Assembly: GCA_964488465.1 (NCBI GenBank)
Contig: CAZAUN010000017.1
Location: 5,663-69,662 of the forward strand
Source: an uncultured Ohtaekwangia sp.
GTDB taxonomy: Bacteria > Bacteroidota > Bacteroidia > Cytophagales > Cyclobacteriaceae
Direction: 5' to 3'
Length of the DNA stretch: 64,000 nt
Part shown: positions 9,775-18,725 of the stretch, one piece after another
Layout of the letters: each line of letters begins with the position of its first letter
Numbering within the stretch: position 1 is the stretch's first letter
Notes under the pieces: generated by a model
Told to the model about the DNA's origin: nothing
Database searches by the model: none
Seen by the model: only the letters and a program-made list of their open reading frames with translations
Translations under genes and position numbers: made by a program

Positions 9775-12144
9775 ATGAAAGTTTCCCTCATCAAGATTTC
9801 CCTATTTCTAAATCTGTTGTGGTTTGCCGCTTGTGAATCTCCCAAACCAGATGCCAAGACACCAGCCGGGGAAGTGGACAGAAGCATTCTGCCTATTAAG
9901 GAGCCCTCCTATCCACCCATCACCGAACTGGATGCGAGAAATTCAACTCCGCCTCCACGTTTTGAAGTGAAGGCTCCCGATAAAGCTCCCAACGTAGTAA
10001 TCGTCTTAGTAGATGACATCGGCTTTGGTCACTCCAGTGCCTTTGGCGGTCCCATTCAAATGCCCACGCTGGAGAAGCTGGCCGCAAACGGATTAAAGTA
10101 TAACCGATTTCACACCACCTCGCTTTGTTCACCCACCCGCACGGCCTTACTCACCGGCTATAACCATCATTCCAATAATGCCGGTGCGATTATGGAAGTG
10201 GCTACCGCCTTCCCGGGCAATACGGGGATTCGTCCGCAAACCATAACACCCATTGCGGAAGTACTACGACTGAACGGATATAGCACAGCCGCCTTTGGCA
10301 AGTATCATGAGACTCCGCCATGGGAAGCTTCGGTGTCGGGTCCGTATAATCGGTGGCCTACCGGCTCCGGCTTCGACAAGTTTTACGGCTTCATTGGCGG
10401 TGAAACGAACCAATGGCACCCGATGGTGTACGATGGTGTTACCCGTGTTTATCCAAACGTAGATGATCCGAATTATCATTTTACCAATGACATGACCGAC
10501 CAGGCACTGGCCTGGATGAATACCCAACAGTCGCTTACACCCGACAAACCCTTTTACATGTACTTCGCTACCGGAGCCACCCATGCCCCACACCATGCAC
10601 CAAAAGAATATTCAGATAAGTATAAAGGAAAATTTGCACAAGGTTGGGATAAGGTTCGGGAAGAAACCCTGGCCCGCCAAAAAGCATTGGGTGTAGTTCC
10701 TGAATCCACGGTGCTGGCTCCCAAGCCCGCTGACATCAAAGATTGGGATAACCTCTCAGCAGATGAAAAAAGATTGTTTGAACGACAGATGGAAATCTTT
10801 GCCGGCTTTGCTGAACATACCGATGCGCAAATAGGAAGGTTGGTAGCCGCTCTGGAAGAGCGAGGAGAATTGGATAATACCCTATTCATCTATATCGTGG
10901 GCGATAATGGTTCCAGTGCCGAAGGCGGTATGATTGGAATGTTTAATGAAAATACGTATTTCAATGCGGTGCAAGAAACGCTGGACATGCAGTTGAGCCG
11001 GATTGATCAGTTGGGAACCGAACACACCTACAATCACTTTGCTGCAGGATGGGCCGTGGCTGGGAATGCCCCGTTTACATGGACGAAGCAAGTAGCCTCC
11101 AACTTTGGCGGTACACGCAACGGCATGGTGATGCACTGGCCTGCCGGAATCCAATCGAAGAATGAAGTTCGCTCACAGTTTCATCATGTGATTGATGTAG
11201 CACCCACGATTTATGAAGCGGCCACCATTCCTGCACCGAAAGTAGTGAATGGCATTGAACAACGGCCAATGGAAGGTGTGAGCATGAAGTATTCATTCGA
11301 CAATGCCGCAGCTCCGGATGCCCGTAAAACACAATACTTTGAAATGATTGGCAACCGCGCGATTTATCACGAGGGTTGGTTTGCCGGAACCGTGCATAAG
11401 GCACCCTGGGAAATGCAGCCGCGCAGACCGTTAGCGGAAGATGTATGGGAGCTGTACAATATCAATGAAGACTTTAGTCAGGCCAATAACCTTGCGGATA
11501 AAAACCCGGAGAAACTGGATGAACTGAAAAGGAAATTCATGGAGGAGGCCGTGAGATACAATGTGTTACCCATTGACGACCGCAGCATTGAACGCCTGGA
11601 TCCAGCCATTGCCGGCCGACCGGACTTGATGAATGGGCAGACGAAGCTCACACTTTATGAAGGAGCCAAGGGAATTCCTGAAAATGCCTTCATTAACATC
11701 AAGAATACTTCGCTTTCCATCACAGCGGAAGTTGATGTGCCTGCCAATGCAAGTGGAGTAATTTTATGCCAAGGTGGAGATTTCGGAGGGTGGAGCTTTT
11801 ATATGCTTGACGGCAAACTCTTCTACACTTATAATTGGGTCGGACTTGAATTATATTCTATTGCCGCTACGCAAAAAGTGACGCCCGGCAAGCATACACT
11901 TACCTTTGACTTTGCCTATGAAGGTGGGCGCGGAGCCGGAGGAACCGGAACGCTCTCACTGGATGGAAATAAAATCGGGGAAGGCAAAATTGCCAAGACC
12001 AACAGCAACACGTTCGGAATCGATGAATCCGCGGATGTAGGAACAGATGAAAATACCCCAGTATTTCTGGGGTACGCGAGGAAAGAAAGGTTTACCGGAA
12101 AAATTAATAAAGTAACGGTGGAGACATTTCCCAGTAAGAATTAG
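9775..12144 (+). CDS. Arylsulfatase (formylglycine-dependent, lipoprotein), copy 1
   Basis: 789 aa with lipobox FAA-C. Sulfatase signature 'LCSPTRTALLTG' (C-x-P-x-R), plus 'VLVDDIGFG', 'FGKYHE' and 'VGDNGSSAEGG'. Confidence 0.9.
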   Translation: MKVSLIKISLFLNLLWFAACESPKPDAKTPAGEVDRSILPIKEPSYPPITELDARNSTPPPRFEVKAPDKAPNVVIVLVDDIGFGHSSAFGGPIQMPTLEKLAANGLKYNRFHTTSLCSPTRTALLTGYNHHSNNAGAIMEVATAFPGNTGIRPQTITPIAEVLRLNGYSTAAFGKYHETPPWEASVSGPYNRWPTGSGFDKFYGFIGGETNQWHPMVYDGVTRVYPNVDDPNYHFTNDMTDQALAWMNTQQSLTPDKPFYMYFATGATHAPHHAPKEYSDKYKGKFAQGWDKVREETLARQKALGVVPESTVLAPKPADIKDWDNLSADEKRLFERQMEIFAGFAEHTDAQIGRLVAALEERGELDNTLFIYIVGDNGSSAEGGMIGMFNENTYFNAVQETLDMQLSRIDQLGTEHTYNHFAAGWAVAGNAPFTWTKQVASNFGGTRNGMVMHWPAGIQSKNEVRSQFHHVIDVAPTIYEAATIPAPKVVNGIEQRPMEGVSMKYSFDNAAAPDARKTQYFEMIGNRAIYHEGWFAGTVHKAPWEMQPRRPLAEDVWELYNINEDFSQANNLADKNPEKLDELKRKFMEEAVRYNVLPIDDRSIERLDPAIAGRPDLMNGQTKLTLYEGAKGIPENAFINIKNTSLSITAEVDVPANASGVILCQGGDFGGWSFYMLDGKLFYTYNWVGLELYSIAATQKVTPGKHTLTFDFAYEGGRGAGGTGTLSLDGNKIGEGKIAKTNSNTFGIDESADVGTDENTPVFLGYARKERFTGKINKVTVETFPSKN

Positions 12145-12162
12145 GGCGCCCGTGAAGAAGTT

Positions 12163-12200
12163 AAAAGTCATCTCCAACTTGGTGGAGGTGACTTTTTGTT
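12163..12200 (+). terminator. Rho-independent terminator
   Basis: 13-bp stem aaaagtcatctcc/ggaggtgactttt with one G-U pair and an 8-nt loop, followed by tttttgtt. Lies 19 nt after the sulfatase stop. Confidence 0.8.
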
Positions 12201-12313
12201 GCTGGTTCTTAACCCTCCGTATTTTGAATCCGGTGATCAAAATCATTTTTTTTCAACATCCTCACGAGTACCTTCCGTAGTCAAAAACCCGGTATGGGGT
12301 TAGGCACCAACCC

Positions 12314-12847
12314 ATGAATTCGATCCATCCCCTTATTCTATTCCTGGTATTTGCTCCGGCTGGATTTATTCAAGCCCAGCAGAAAGAACCCTTCAAACCA
12401 AAAATCCGTGGCGCCATTATGATGGCTAACTCACACATTCCGAAAGCTACGGAGGGTGGAAAAGCAGTTCATATTATTCCCACCTGGGGGTTTGATGTGG
12501 ACTACTACTTCCAACCTTCTTGGTCAGTGGCGTTACAGGGAGACATAAAACTCCAGAGCTTTGAGGTGGAAGAAGAAAATATTGCATTGGAGCGCAGTTA
12601 TCCGATTGCCCTGGTGTCTGTGCTGCATTATCATGCCTTGCGGCATTGGTCATTTTATGCCGGACCCGGGTATGAGTTTGAAAAGCATGAGAACTTCTTC
12701 CTGATCAGGGTGGGAACTGAGTACAGTTTTGAAATCACCGAGAATTTTGAAATCGCGCTAAACCTGATCTACGAAAACAAACAAGAGGTCTACGATGCCC
12801 TTACCTTTGGAATCGCCTTCAATAGAAAACTCTGGGAGAAGAAATAA
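12314..12847 (+). CDS. Hypothetical secreted/outer-membrane protein
   Basis: 177 aa with signal peptide ..FIQA-QQ and an amphipathic beta-strand pattern. No family recognised. Confidence 0.5.
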   Translation: MNSIHPLILFLVFAPAGFIQAQQKEPFKPKIRGAIMMANSHIPKATEGGKAVHIIPTWGFDVDYYFQPSWSVALQGDIKLQSFEVEEENIALERSYPIALVSVLHYHALRHWSFYAGPGYEFEKHENFFLIRVGTEYSFEITENFEIALNLIYENKQEVYDALTFGIAFNRKLWEKK

Positions 12848-12856
12848 CTTTCTTCC

Positions 12857-13405
12857 TTAAAATCTGAATCCCACTCCCAGGGAAGCCGTATTCAACCAGC
12901 CATCGCGATAAAAACTATTCGACAACCAAATCAATTCGTACTCAGCCGAAAGGAACACCTTCTCTGTGAAAAAGTAAGAACCGCCCGCGCCAAATCCTCC
13001 GGTAAATCCAGAATCATTGTCTTCAAAGAGGGTTAAGGCTTCCCGCTTGATATTAGAAAATTGCCAGCCGACAGCCCCCTTCACAAACCCCTTAACATTT
13101 TCGCTTCCGAAAAGAAATTTTGGGGCATAATAGATGGGCCAGGAGCCAATGGTATAGGCTGCCGTCTGCAATCCTTCCGTTCCTTCACCGGAAAGATGTG
13201 CATACCCAAAGGAGAACCCGTGTGCAAATTTTGCACCCATTGGATTAAACTCATAGAGCCCATTTATTCGCCATCCCGCTATTTTTACATCACTGTCTTC
13301 CACTTGCGAAAAAGCGTATCCGCCTGCGAGTGTAATCATGTTTTCCTGGCTAAAGGCAAAGGTGGCGAGCGTTGTAAAAGCAAAAATTATAATGATCCTT
13401 TTCAT
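12857..13405 (-). CDS. Small outer-membrane beta-barrel protein (OmpA-like/OMP_b-brl type)
   Basis: 182 aa with signal peptide ..FAFS-QE. Gly/aromatic-rich strands end in '..SLGVGFRF'. Confidence 0.65.
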   Translation of the reverse strand: MKRIIIIFAFTTLATFAFSQENMITLAGGYAFSQVEDSDVKIAGWRINGLYEFNPMGAKFAHGFSFGYAHLSGEGTEGLQTAAYTIGSWPIYYAPKFLFGSENVKGFVKGAVGWQFSNIKREALTLFEDNDSGFTGGFGAGGSYFFTEKVFLSAEYELIWLSNSFYRDGWLNTASLGVGFRF

Positions 13406-13468
13406 CTTCGTTTGGCTTGAGTGTTTGTTTATGTCCTGTAAAATTGGCGATAACCTTCTATATTTTTC

Positions 13469-13480
13469 TAACGATCGTTA
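13469..13480. promoter_or_regulatory. Perfect 12-bp palindrome TAACGATCGTTA (candidate operator)
   Basis: Read directly from the sequence. It sits in the divergent intergenic region 64 nt upstream of 13405(-) and 82 nt upstream of tetR copy 2 (13562). About one such palindrome is expected by chance in the window's intergenic DNA. Confidence 0.3.
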
Positions 13481-13561
13481 TAATTTACACCCTTTGCTCT
13501 AAACGGTATAGTTTAGTAGTTTTAAAAAATAAGCTAAAAATCCCCCCTTCGCCAACTACTC

Positions 13562-14128
13562 ATGAGCAGGATCAACGCCATTAATTCCTGGATAAATGCA
13601 GGTTATGAACTGTTTGCTGCAGAAGGGCCCCAGGGGATTCAAGCGGAGCGACTTGCCCGGATGACCGGGTTAAACAAATCCGGTTTTTATCATTACTTCG
13701 GTGACCGAGAGAGTTTTGTTGAGCATCTGATGAATTATCACCTGAAAATTGCTGATCAATTTGCCAGTGATATGAGTCAGATGAAAAATTTTGATCCTGA
13801 TTTTTTTCATGTAATTCTAAAGTATCCTAACGCCATATTGGTTCACCAGCAATTGGTAAGAAACCGCCATAATGAATTTCTGAATAAAGTTTATAACCAA
13901 GTAAACGAACTTGTTGACAGAACAATACTTCCTCATTGGGCACATTTTATAGGATTACCCCATGATCATGAATTTGCTCTCAAATATTTCGAACAAACCC
14001 GCGACATGTTTTATTCGCGCATTACATATAAAACGCTGACTTTTGAGTCCCTGAACTCAATTCTGTATGAATCCAAAGAATTGTTGCAGGAAGCGATAAG
14101 AAAAAACACATCACTCCCATTAGCATAG
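13562..14128 (+). CDS. TetR/AcrR-family transcriptional regulator (copy 2)
   Basis: 188 aa with HTH 'GYELFAAEGPQGIQAERLARMTGLNKSGFYHYFG'. Shares blocks with copy 1: 'QLVRNR', 'RDMF(F/Y)SRIT'. Confidence 0.85.
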   Translation: MSRINAINSWINAGYELFAAEGPQGIQAERLARMTGLNKSGFYHYFGDRESFVEHLMNYHLKIADQFASDMSQMKNFDPDFFHVILKYPNAILVHQQLVRNRHNEFLNKVYNQVNELVDRTILPHWAHFIGLPHDHEFALKYFEQTRDMFYSRITYKTLTFESLNSILYESKELLQEAIRKNTSLPLA

Positions 14129-14138
14129 ACGAAATCGT

Positions 14139-14184
14139 CCAGCTCTTTTCACTTGGTTTATAGTCAGTTGAAAGTGAAAGCTGG
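14139..14184 (+). terminator. Bulged hairpin after tetR copy 2 (possible terminator or attenuator)
   Basis: Stems ccagc/gctgg and tttcactt/aagtgaaa with a 3-nt bulge and a 17-nt loop, followed by a U-rich 'tattgtat'. Not a canonical T-tract. Confidence 0.35.
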
Positions 14185-14189
14185 TATTG

Positions 14190-14205
14190 TATGATAATTG
14201 TCATA
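14190..14205. promoter_or_regulatory. Imperfect 16-bp palindrome TATGATAATTGTCATA (candidate operator)
   Basis: 14 of 16 positions are symmetric. Lies 54 nt upstream of the sulfatase copy 2 ATG (14259). Any function is inferred. Confidence 0.25.
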
Positions 14206-14258
14206 CTTTCTACCAAATAAAATCTCCACCTTGTATCCTTGAAAAAAAATCCAGATCT

Positions 14259-16634
14259 ATGAGAAATAATGTGATAAGCGTATTCATACTGCTTGGTTTT
14301 ATGGCCTTGATGGCTTGTGAAACCAAAAAGGCAGAGCCGGTTGCAACCACTGGCCCGGATGGGTTTGACCGAACGGTGTTGCCGGTGAAAGTTCCCGAAA
14401 GCAAAACCTACAAAGAACTGGATGTGCGCAATGTCGAGCTGCCTGAGCGATTTGAAGTAAAGGCGCCTAAAGAAGCCCCCAACGTTATTTTGGTGCTTGT
14501 TGATGATCTGGGATTTGCCGGTACCAGTACATTCGGTGGCGCAGTAAGCACCCCTTCGTTTGACCGAGTTGCAAGTGAAGGTGTATACTATAATAACTTT
14601 CATACCACCGCAGTATGTTCACCTACACGCGTTGCCCTGAAAAGCGGACGCAATCACCAGGTAAACAACATGGGGTTCATTACAGAATTGGGTACGGGTT
14701 TCCCGGGCAACACCGGAGAAATTCCTCAAAATGTTGCACCTCTTGCGGAGATGCTGAGGCTGAATGGCTACAGCACCGGAGCGTTTGGTAAATGGCATGA
14801 AACCGCTACCTGGGAAACCAGTGTTTCCGGCTCGTTCGACCGCTGGCCACACCGCCAGGGGTTTGATAAGTTTTATGGTTTCTTCGGAGGCGAAACCAAC
14901 CAGTGGGCTCCCTTTGTGTATGATGGCATTCATCCGGTTGAACTACCTGAAGATCCGAATTATCACTTCATGAAGGACATGACCGATCAGGCTGTCGCAT
15001 GGATGAAATATCAAAAAGCACTCACGCCCGACAAGCCTTACTTTATGTACTTTGCTCCGGGTGCAACCCATGCCCCACATCATGTACCGGAAAGCTATAT
15101 CAAAAAATGGAAGGGCAAGTTTGATGGCGGATGGGATGTGATGCGCGAACAAATTCTGGCGCGTCAGATTGAAATGGGCGTTGTACCGAAGGGAACTAAA
15201 CTGGCTCCGAAACCCGAAGCCATTCCCGACTGGGAGAAGTTAACAGCCGATCAGAAAAAATTATTTACCAGACAGGTAGAAGTGTTTGCTGGATTTCTGG
15301 ATATGACCGATTATGAAATTGGCCGCTTGCTGGATGCCGTTGACGAAACCGGACAAGCCGAAAATACCATGATCATTTTTGTGTATGGCGATAACGGCAC
15401 CAGTGCCGAAGGTGGCGCGAATGGCATGTACAGTGAAATGACCTATTTCAATGGCGTGCAGGAAACCGTGGAAGACATGCTGAAAAAGTATGACAAGTGG
15501 GGCGGCCCCGAAACCTATCCGCACATGGCTGCCGGATGGGCCGTCATGTTTGATACACCTTACCAGTGGACCAAGCAAATGGCCTCCGATCACGGGGGCA
15601 CCAAAGTGGGCATGGCTATTCGCTGGCCAAAAGGAATCAAAGCGAACAGCGGATTGCGCACACAGTTTAGTCATGTGATTGATATTGCACCTACCATTCT
15701 GGAAGCGGCCGGTTTACCTGAACCAAAAATTGTAAATGGAATTGAACAGCGCCCGATGGACGGCACCAGCCTGGTGTATACCTTCAACGATGCCGGTGCG
15801 AAAGAACGGCATACCACACAATATTTTGAGATCATCGGTAACCGTGCCATTTACCATGAAGGCTGGTATGCACGTACTATCCATAAGGCACCCTGGGAAG
15901 CTACGCCACGCAGACCACTGGCAGAAGATATCTGGGAATTGTATGATGTAACGAATGATTTCAGTCTGGTAAACGACTTGTCCGCTCAACATCCTGAAAA
16001 ACTGAAAGAGCTGCAGGAGCTGTTCATGAAAGAAGCTGAAAAGAATCATGTGTTACCCATCGATGACCGCGCCTTTGAACGCATCATTGCAGCGAATGTA
16101 GGACGTCCGGATATCATGGGTGGCCGCACATCGCTCACGCTGGCCGAAGGCATGGTAGGCATGTCGGAAAATGTGTTTATCAATATTAAAAACAGACCGA
16201 TAAGTGTAACAGCCGATGTCGATATTTCTTCGGGTACCCCTGCAAATGGTATTATCATCGCCCAGGGTGGGCGCTTTGGAGGATGGGCATTGTATGCGAA
16301 AAATGGCACAGTGGGCTACGACTACAATTACCTGGGTATGGAACGTTACACTGTTATGTCAACGGAAAAACTGAAGCCGGGCAAACATACCATTACGATG
16401 GATTTTGCGTACGATGGCGGAGGTATTGGCAAAGGAGGAATAGCCACATTGTATATCGATGGTAAAAAAGTGGGCGAAGGCCGCATCGAACATACGCAAC
16501 CCGGGATATTCTCAGCCGATGAAACAGCCGATGTAGGTATTGACCTAGCTACACCGGTGGTGGAGACGATTGGATCAGAAGCAAAATCCAGATTCAATGG
16601 AAGGATTCCAAAAGTGATTGTAGAAGTGAAATGA
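14259..16634 (+). CDS. Arylsulfatase (formylglycine-dependent, lipoprotein), copy 2
   Basis: The track ORF starts at 14187, but the internal ATG at 14259 gives a proper signal peptide and lipobox (MRNNVISVFILLGFMALMA-C). Motifs 'VCSPTRVALKSG', 'VLVDDLGFAG' and 'YGDNGTSAEGG'. By eye about 60% identical to copy 1. Confidence 0.9.
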   Translation: MRNNVISVFILLGFMALMACETKKAEPVATTGPDGFDRTVLPVKVPESKTYKELDVRNVELPERFEVKAPKEAPNVILVLVDDLGFAGTSTFGGAVSTPSFDRVASEGVYYNNFHTTAVCSPTRVALKSGRNHQVNNMGFITELGTGFPGNTGEIPQNVAPLAEMLRLNGYSTGAFGKWHETATWETSVSGSFDRWPHRQGFDKFYGFFGGETNQWAPFVYDGIHPVELPEDPNYHFMKDMTDQAVAWMKYQKALTPDKPYFMYFAPGATHAPHHVPESYIKKWKGKFDGGWDVMREQILARQIEMGVVPKGTKLAPKPEAIPDWEKLTADQKKLFTRQVEVFAGFLDMTDYEIGRLLDAVDETGQAENTMIIFVYGDNGTSAEGGANGMYSEMTYFNGVQETVEDMLKKYDKWGGPETYPHMAAGWAVMFDTPYQWTKQMASDHGGTKVGMAIRWPKGIKANSGLRTQFSHVIDIAPTILEAAGLPEPKIVNGIEQRPMDGTSLVYTFNDAGAKERHTTQYFEIIGNRAIYHEGWYARTIHKAPWEATPRRPLAEDIWELYDVTNDFSLVNDLSAQHPEKLKELQELFMKEAEKNHVLPIDDRAFERIIAANVGRPDIMGGRTSLTLAEGMVGMSENVFINIKNRPISVTADVDISSGTPANGIIIAQGGRFGGWALYAKNGTVGYDYNYLGMERYTVMSTEKLKPGKHTITMDFAYDGGGIGKGGIATLYIDGKKVGEGRIEHTQPGIFSADETADVGIDLATPVVETIGSEAKSRFNGRIPKVIVEVK

Positions 16635-16645
16635 TATCCTAAATG

Positions 16646-16675
16646 CCGGCCTTTAATATAGGCCGGTTCTCTTTT
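16646..16675 (+). terminator. Rho-independent terminator
   Basis: 7-bp GC-rich stem ccggcct/aggccgg with a 7-nt loop, then ttctctttt. Lies 12 nt after the sulfatase stop. Confidence 0.75.
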
Positions 16676-16705
16676 AATACTATATGGATTTAAAATTTTA
16701 ATGAA

Positions 16706-17377
16706 ATGAAAAAGATAATCAACTTCTTACTATTCGCTGTTGTATTTGCCAACATTGGTTTTGCACAAATCGACAAAGAACAACTGGCCCTCACCATCAG
16801 CAAAGCCGATGATGCGAATACCGAAAAGCTAAAGGAATTTATCTGGAAGCGAAAGTCAGATGTGTCAATTGGTGGTGAGTTAAAACTGACCACCATCACC
16901 GAGTTTAGTTTTGATGACCAGGGAAAGCTTCAGGCAAAACTAGTGGATGCGGAAAGCTCCGTGAAGCAAAAACCGGGTCTTCGTGGCCGGGCACAACAGA
17001 ATGCCGCAGAAGATAAGGCCGATTATGTTGGCAAAGCCCTTGAGCTTTCACTCGCCTACACCTACATGACCAAAGGCCAACTACTGGATTTCTTTTCAAA
17101 GGCGACCGTCACTGAAAAGGATGGGATCCTTGAAGCAACCGGTGAAAATATATACGTGCAAGGTGATAAACTGACCCTTCATATCGATAAGAAGACCAAT
17201 CTCTTTCTCGATAAAAAATTCTCAAGCCTATTGGGTAAAGATCCCATCGATGGAGAAATTAAGTATGAGAAGTTCAGTTCTGGCGTGAATCATGGCTCAA
17301 CAACGGTATTGAATATGCCCGCACAGAAAATGAAAATTGATGCCAAGAATCAGGATTACTCACAACGGATGAAATAA
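16706..17377 (+). CDS. Hypothetical secreted protein
   Basis: 223 aa with signal peptide ..NIGFA-Q. Lys/Asp-rich soluble protein. No family recognised. Confidence 0.6.
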   Translation: MKKIINFLLFAVVFANIGFAQIDKEQLALTISKADDANTEKLKEFIWKRKSDVSIGGELKLTTITEFSFDDQGKLQAKLVDAESSVKQKPGLRGRAQQNAAEDKADYVGKALELSLAYTYMTKGQLLDFFSKATVTEKDGILEATGENIYVQGDKLTLHIDKKTNLFLDKKFSSLLGKDPIDGEIKYEKFSSGVNHGSTTVLNMPAQKMKIDAKNQDYSQRMK

Positions 17378-17418
17378 GGTTTGAGGGCTTCTAAATTTTA
17401 CTAATAGCCTTGAGGTTT

Positions 17419-18648
17419 TCATTGCTCCACGTTGGGCTTATCCTCCTGTTTAATTAACACCTTCGCTGCCCATTGGGTTAACACTGTTCCACTCACTGCA
17501 CTCACCACCATCAGTACCAAAATGCTGTTGAGAAATTTCTCGTCAAGCAATCGTTCACCGGCTGCATTCACGCTTTCGTAGGCTACCAGGGCCACGGCCA
17601 GCGTTGATGAAACCTGTGGAATCGTCAGGGAGCCAATCAGGATGCGGGTCGTGGACGAATAGTGATACTGTTTTCCGGCCAGCCAGGCTGCCAGCATCTT
17701 GGCAGCCGCTAACGAGAAAATCACCGCCACGACAAGCCCTGCATGTTGCCGGATAGTCGTTAAGATCGCGGCCGGGTCAATGAGTACACCTAATGAAATA
17801 AAGAAGGCGGGAATGAACAACGTATTACCCAGCGTGTCGAGCTGCGTTCGGATTCCCTTGTCTGGCAAGGTTGAACTGACAGCCAACCCGGCAAGAAATG
17901 CACCCACAATCGGATCGATGTTTACCCACTCAGCGCCTTGTGCAGCAATGGCTACAACCAACAACAGGAAAATCAATTGCTGGGCCGGATCGGTACCTAA
18001 ATGTTTAAACACCTGATGCCCGAGCCACCGGAAACTGTAGATGATGACGGGTATGAAAATCACGATGTACGCCACCTGAAGCGTAAATTGACCAAGGAGG
18101 AATCCGGTTGTGTGGATGGGCAAACAGATGGCAAACAGGATCAAAGAGGCGATGTCGGTCATCGCGGTAGCACCTACGGTCACCGCTACCGGTTCAATTT
18201 TGGTCAATCCCAGTCGGGTTAAAATCGGATAGGCAATGATGGAGTGCGAAGAAAACAAGACTCCGATCATCAGCGATGACAACATTGAATAGCCAAAGAA
18301 ATACCCGATCAACACTCCCGCCACCGTTGGAAGTCCAAAACTCAGGGCCGCCAGCCGCAATGCCTTACCGGCATTTTTTCGCAATTCATCCACCTCAATA
18401 TCCAGACCCGAAAAGAACAGCAGCAGCAGCTTTCCCAACACGGCAAAGAACATAAGGACCTCCCCATTCTGCTTAAATAAATGCAAGCCCCGCGGACCAA
18501 ACAGCACCCCCACCAGGATCAATGCCAATACCCCCGGTAACCGCATCCGTTCAAAAATTTTGGGTGTCAGGAGGATCAATGCCGTAACAACGGCAAACCG
18601 TACTAAATCGGAGGCGCCTTCAAAGAAATGCTGAATTGAATCGATCAT
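17419..18648 (-). CDS. Cation:proton antiporter (CPA2-type Na+/H+ or K+/H+ exchanger, no RCK domain)
   Basis: 409 aa, about 12 hydrophobic helices. Na_H_Exchanger-like blocks 'LPGVLALILVGVLFGP' and 'PIVGAFLAGLAVS'. Confidence 0.8.
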   Translation of the reverse strand: MIDSIQHFFEGASDLVRFAVVTALILLTPKIFERMRLPGVLALILVGVLFGPRGLHLFKQNGEVLMFFAVLGKLLLLFFSGLDIEVDELRKNAGKALRLAALSFGLPTVAGVLIGYFFGYSMLSSLMIGVLFSSHSIIAYPILTRLGLTKIEPVAVTVGATAMTDIASLILFAICLPIHTTGFLLGQFTLQVAYIVIFIPVIIYSFRWLGHQVFKHLGTDPAQQLIFLLLVVAIAAQGAEWVNIDPIVGAFLAGLAVSSTLPDKGIRTQLDTLGNTLFIPAFFISLGVLIDPAAILTTIRQHAGLVVAVIFSLAAAKMLAAWLAGKQYHYSSTTRILIGSLTIPQVSSTLAVALVAYESVNAAGERLLDEKFLNSILVLMVVSAVSGTVLTQWAAKVLIKQEDKPNVEQ

Positions 18649-18725
18649 AGTTTCGTAAGGTAAGGGTTGATCGGGTTTTGATCAACTCAGCATGCAAATT
18701 GCATCACGACAGTTTGCCTAAACGA

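Noticed and set aside
14187-14258. 24-codon N-terminal extension of sulfatase copy 2 in the ORF track.
   Set aside because: The extension (MYDNCHTFYQIKSPPCILEKKSRS) is non-hydrophobic and would bury the signal peptide. The ATG at 14259 yields a lipoprotein signal parallel to copy 1.
14022-14603. 193-aa minus-strand ORF spanning the tetR2 end, the spacer and the sulfatase 2 start.
   Set aside because: It overlaps two well-supported plus-strand genes and has no recognisable features.
18671-18712. Two small hairpins (GTTGATC..GATCAAC and ATGCA-AAT-TGCAT) between the AsmA gene end and the antiporter start.
   Set aside because: The stems are 5-7 bp with no U-tract on the minus strand where a terminator would be needed. 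They cannot be distinguished from chance.
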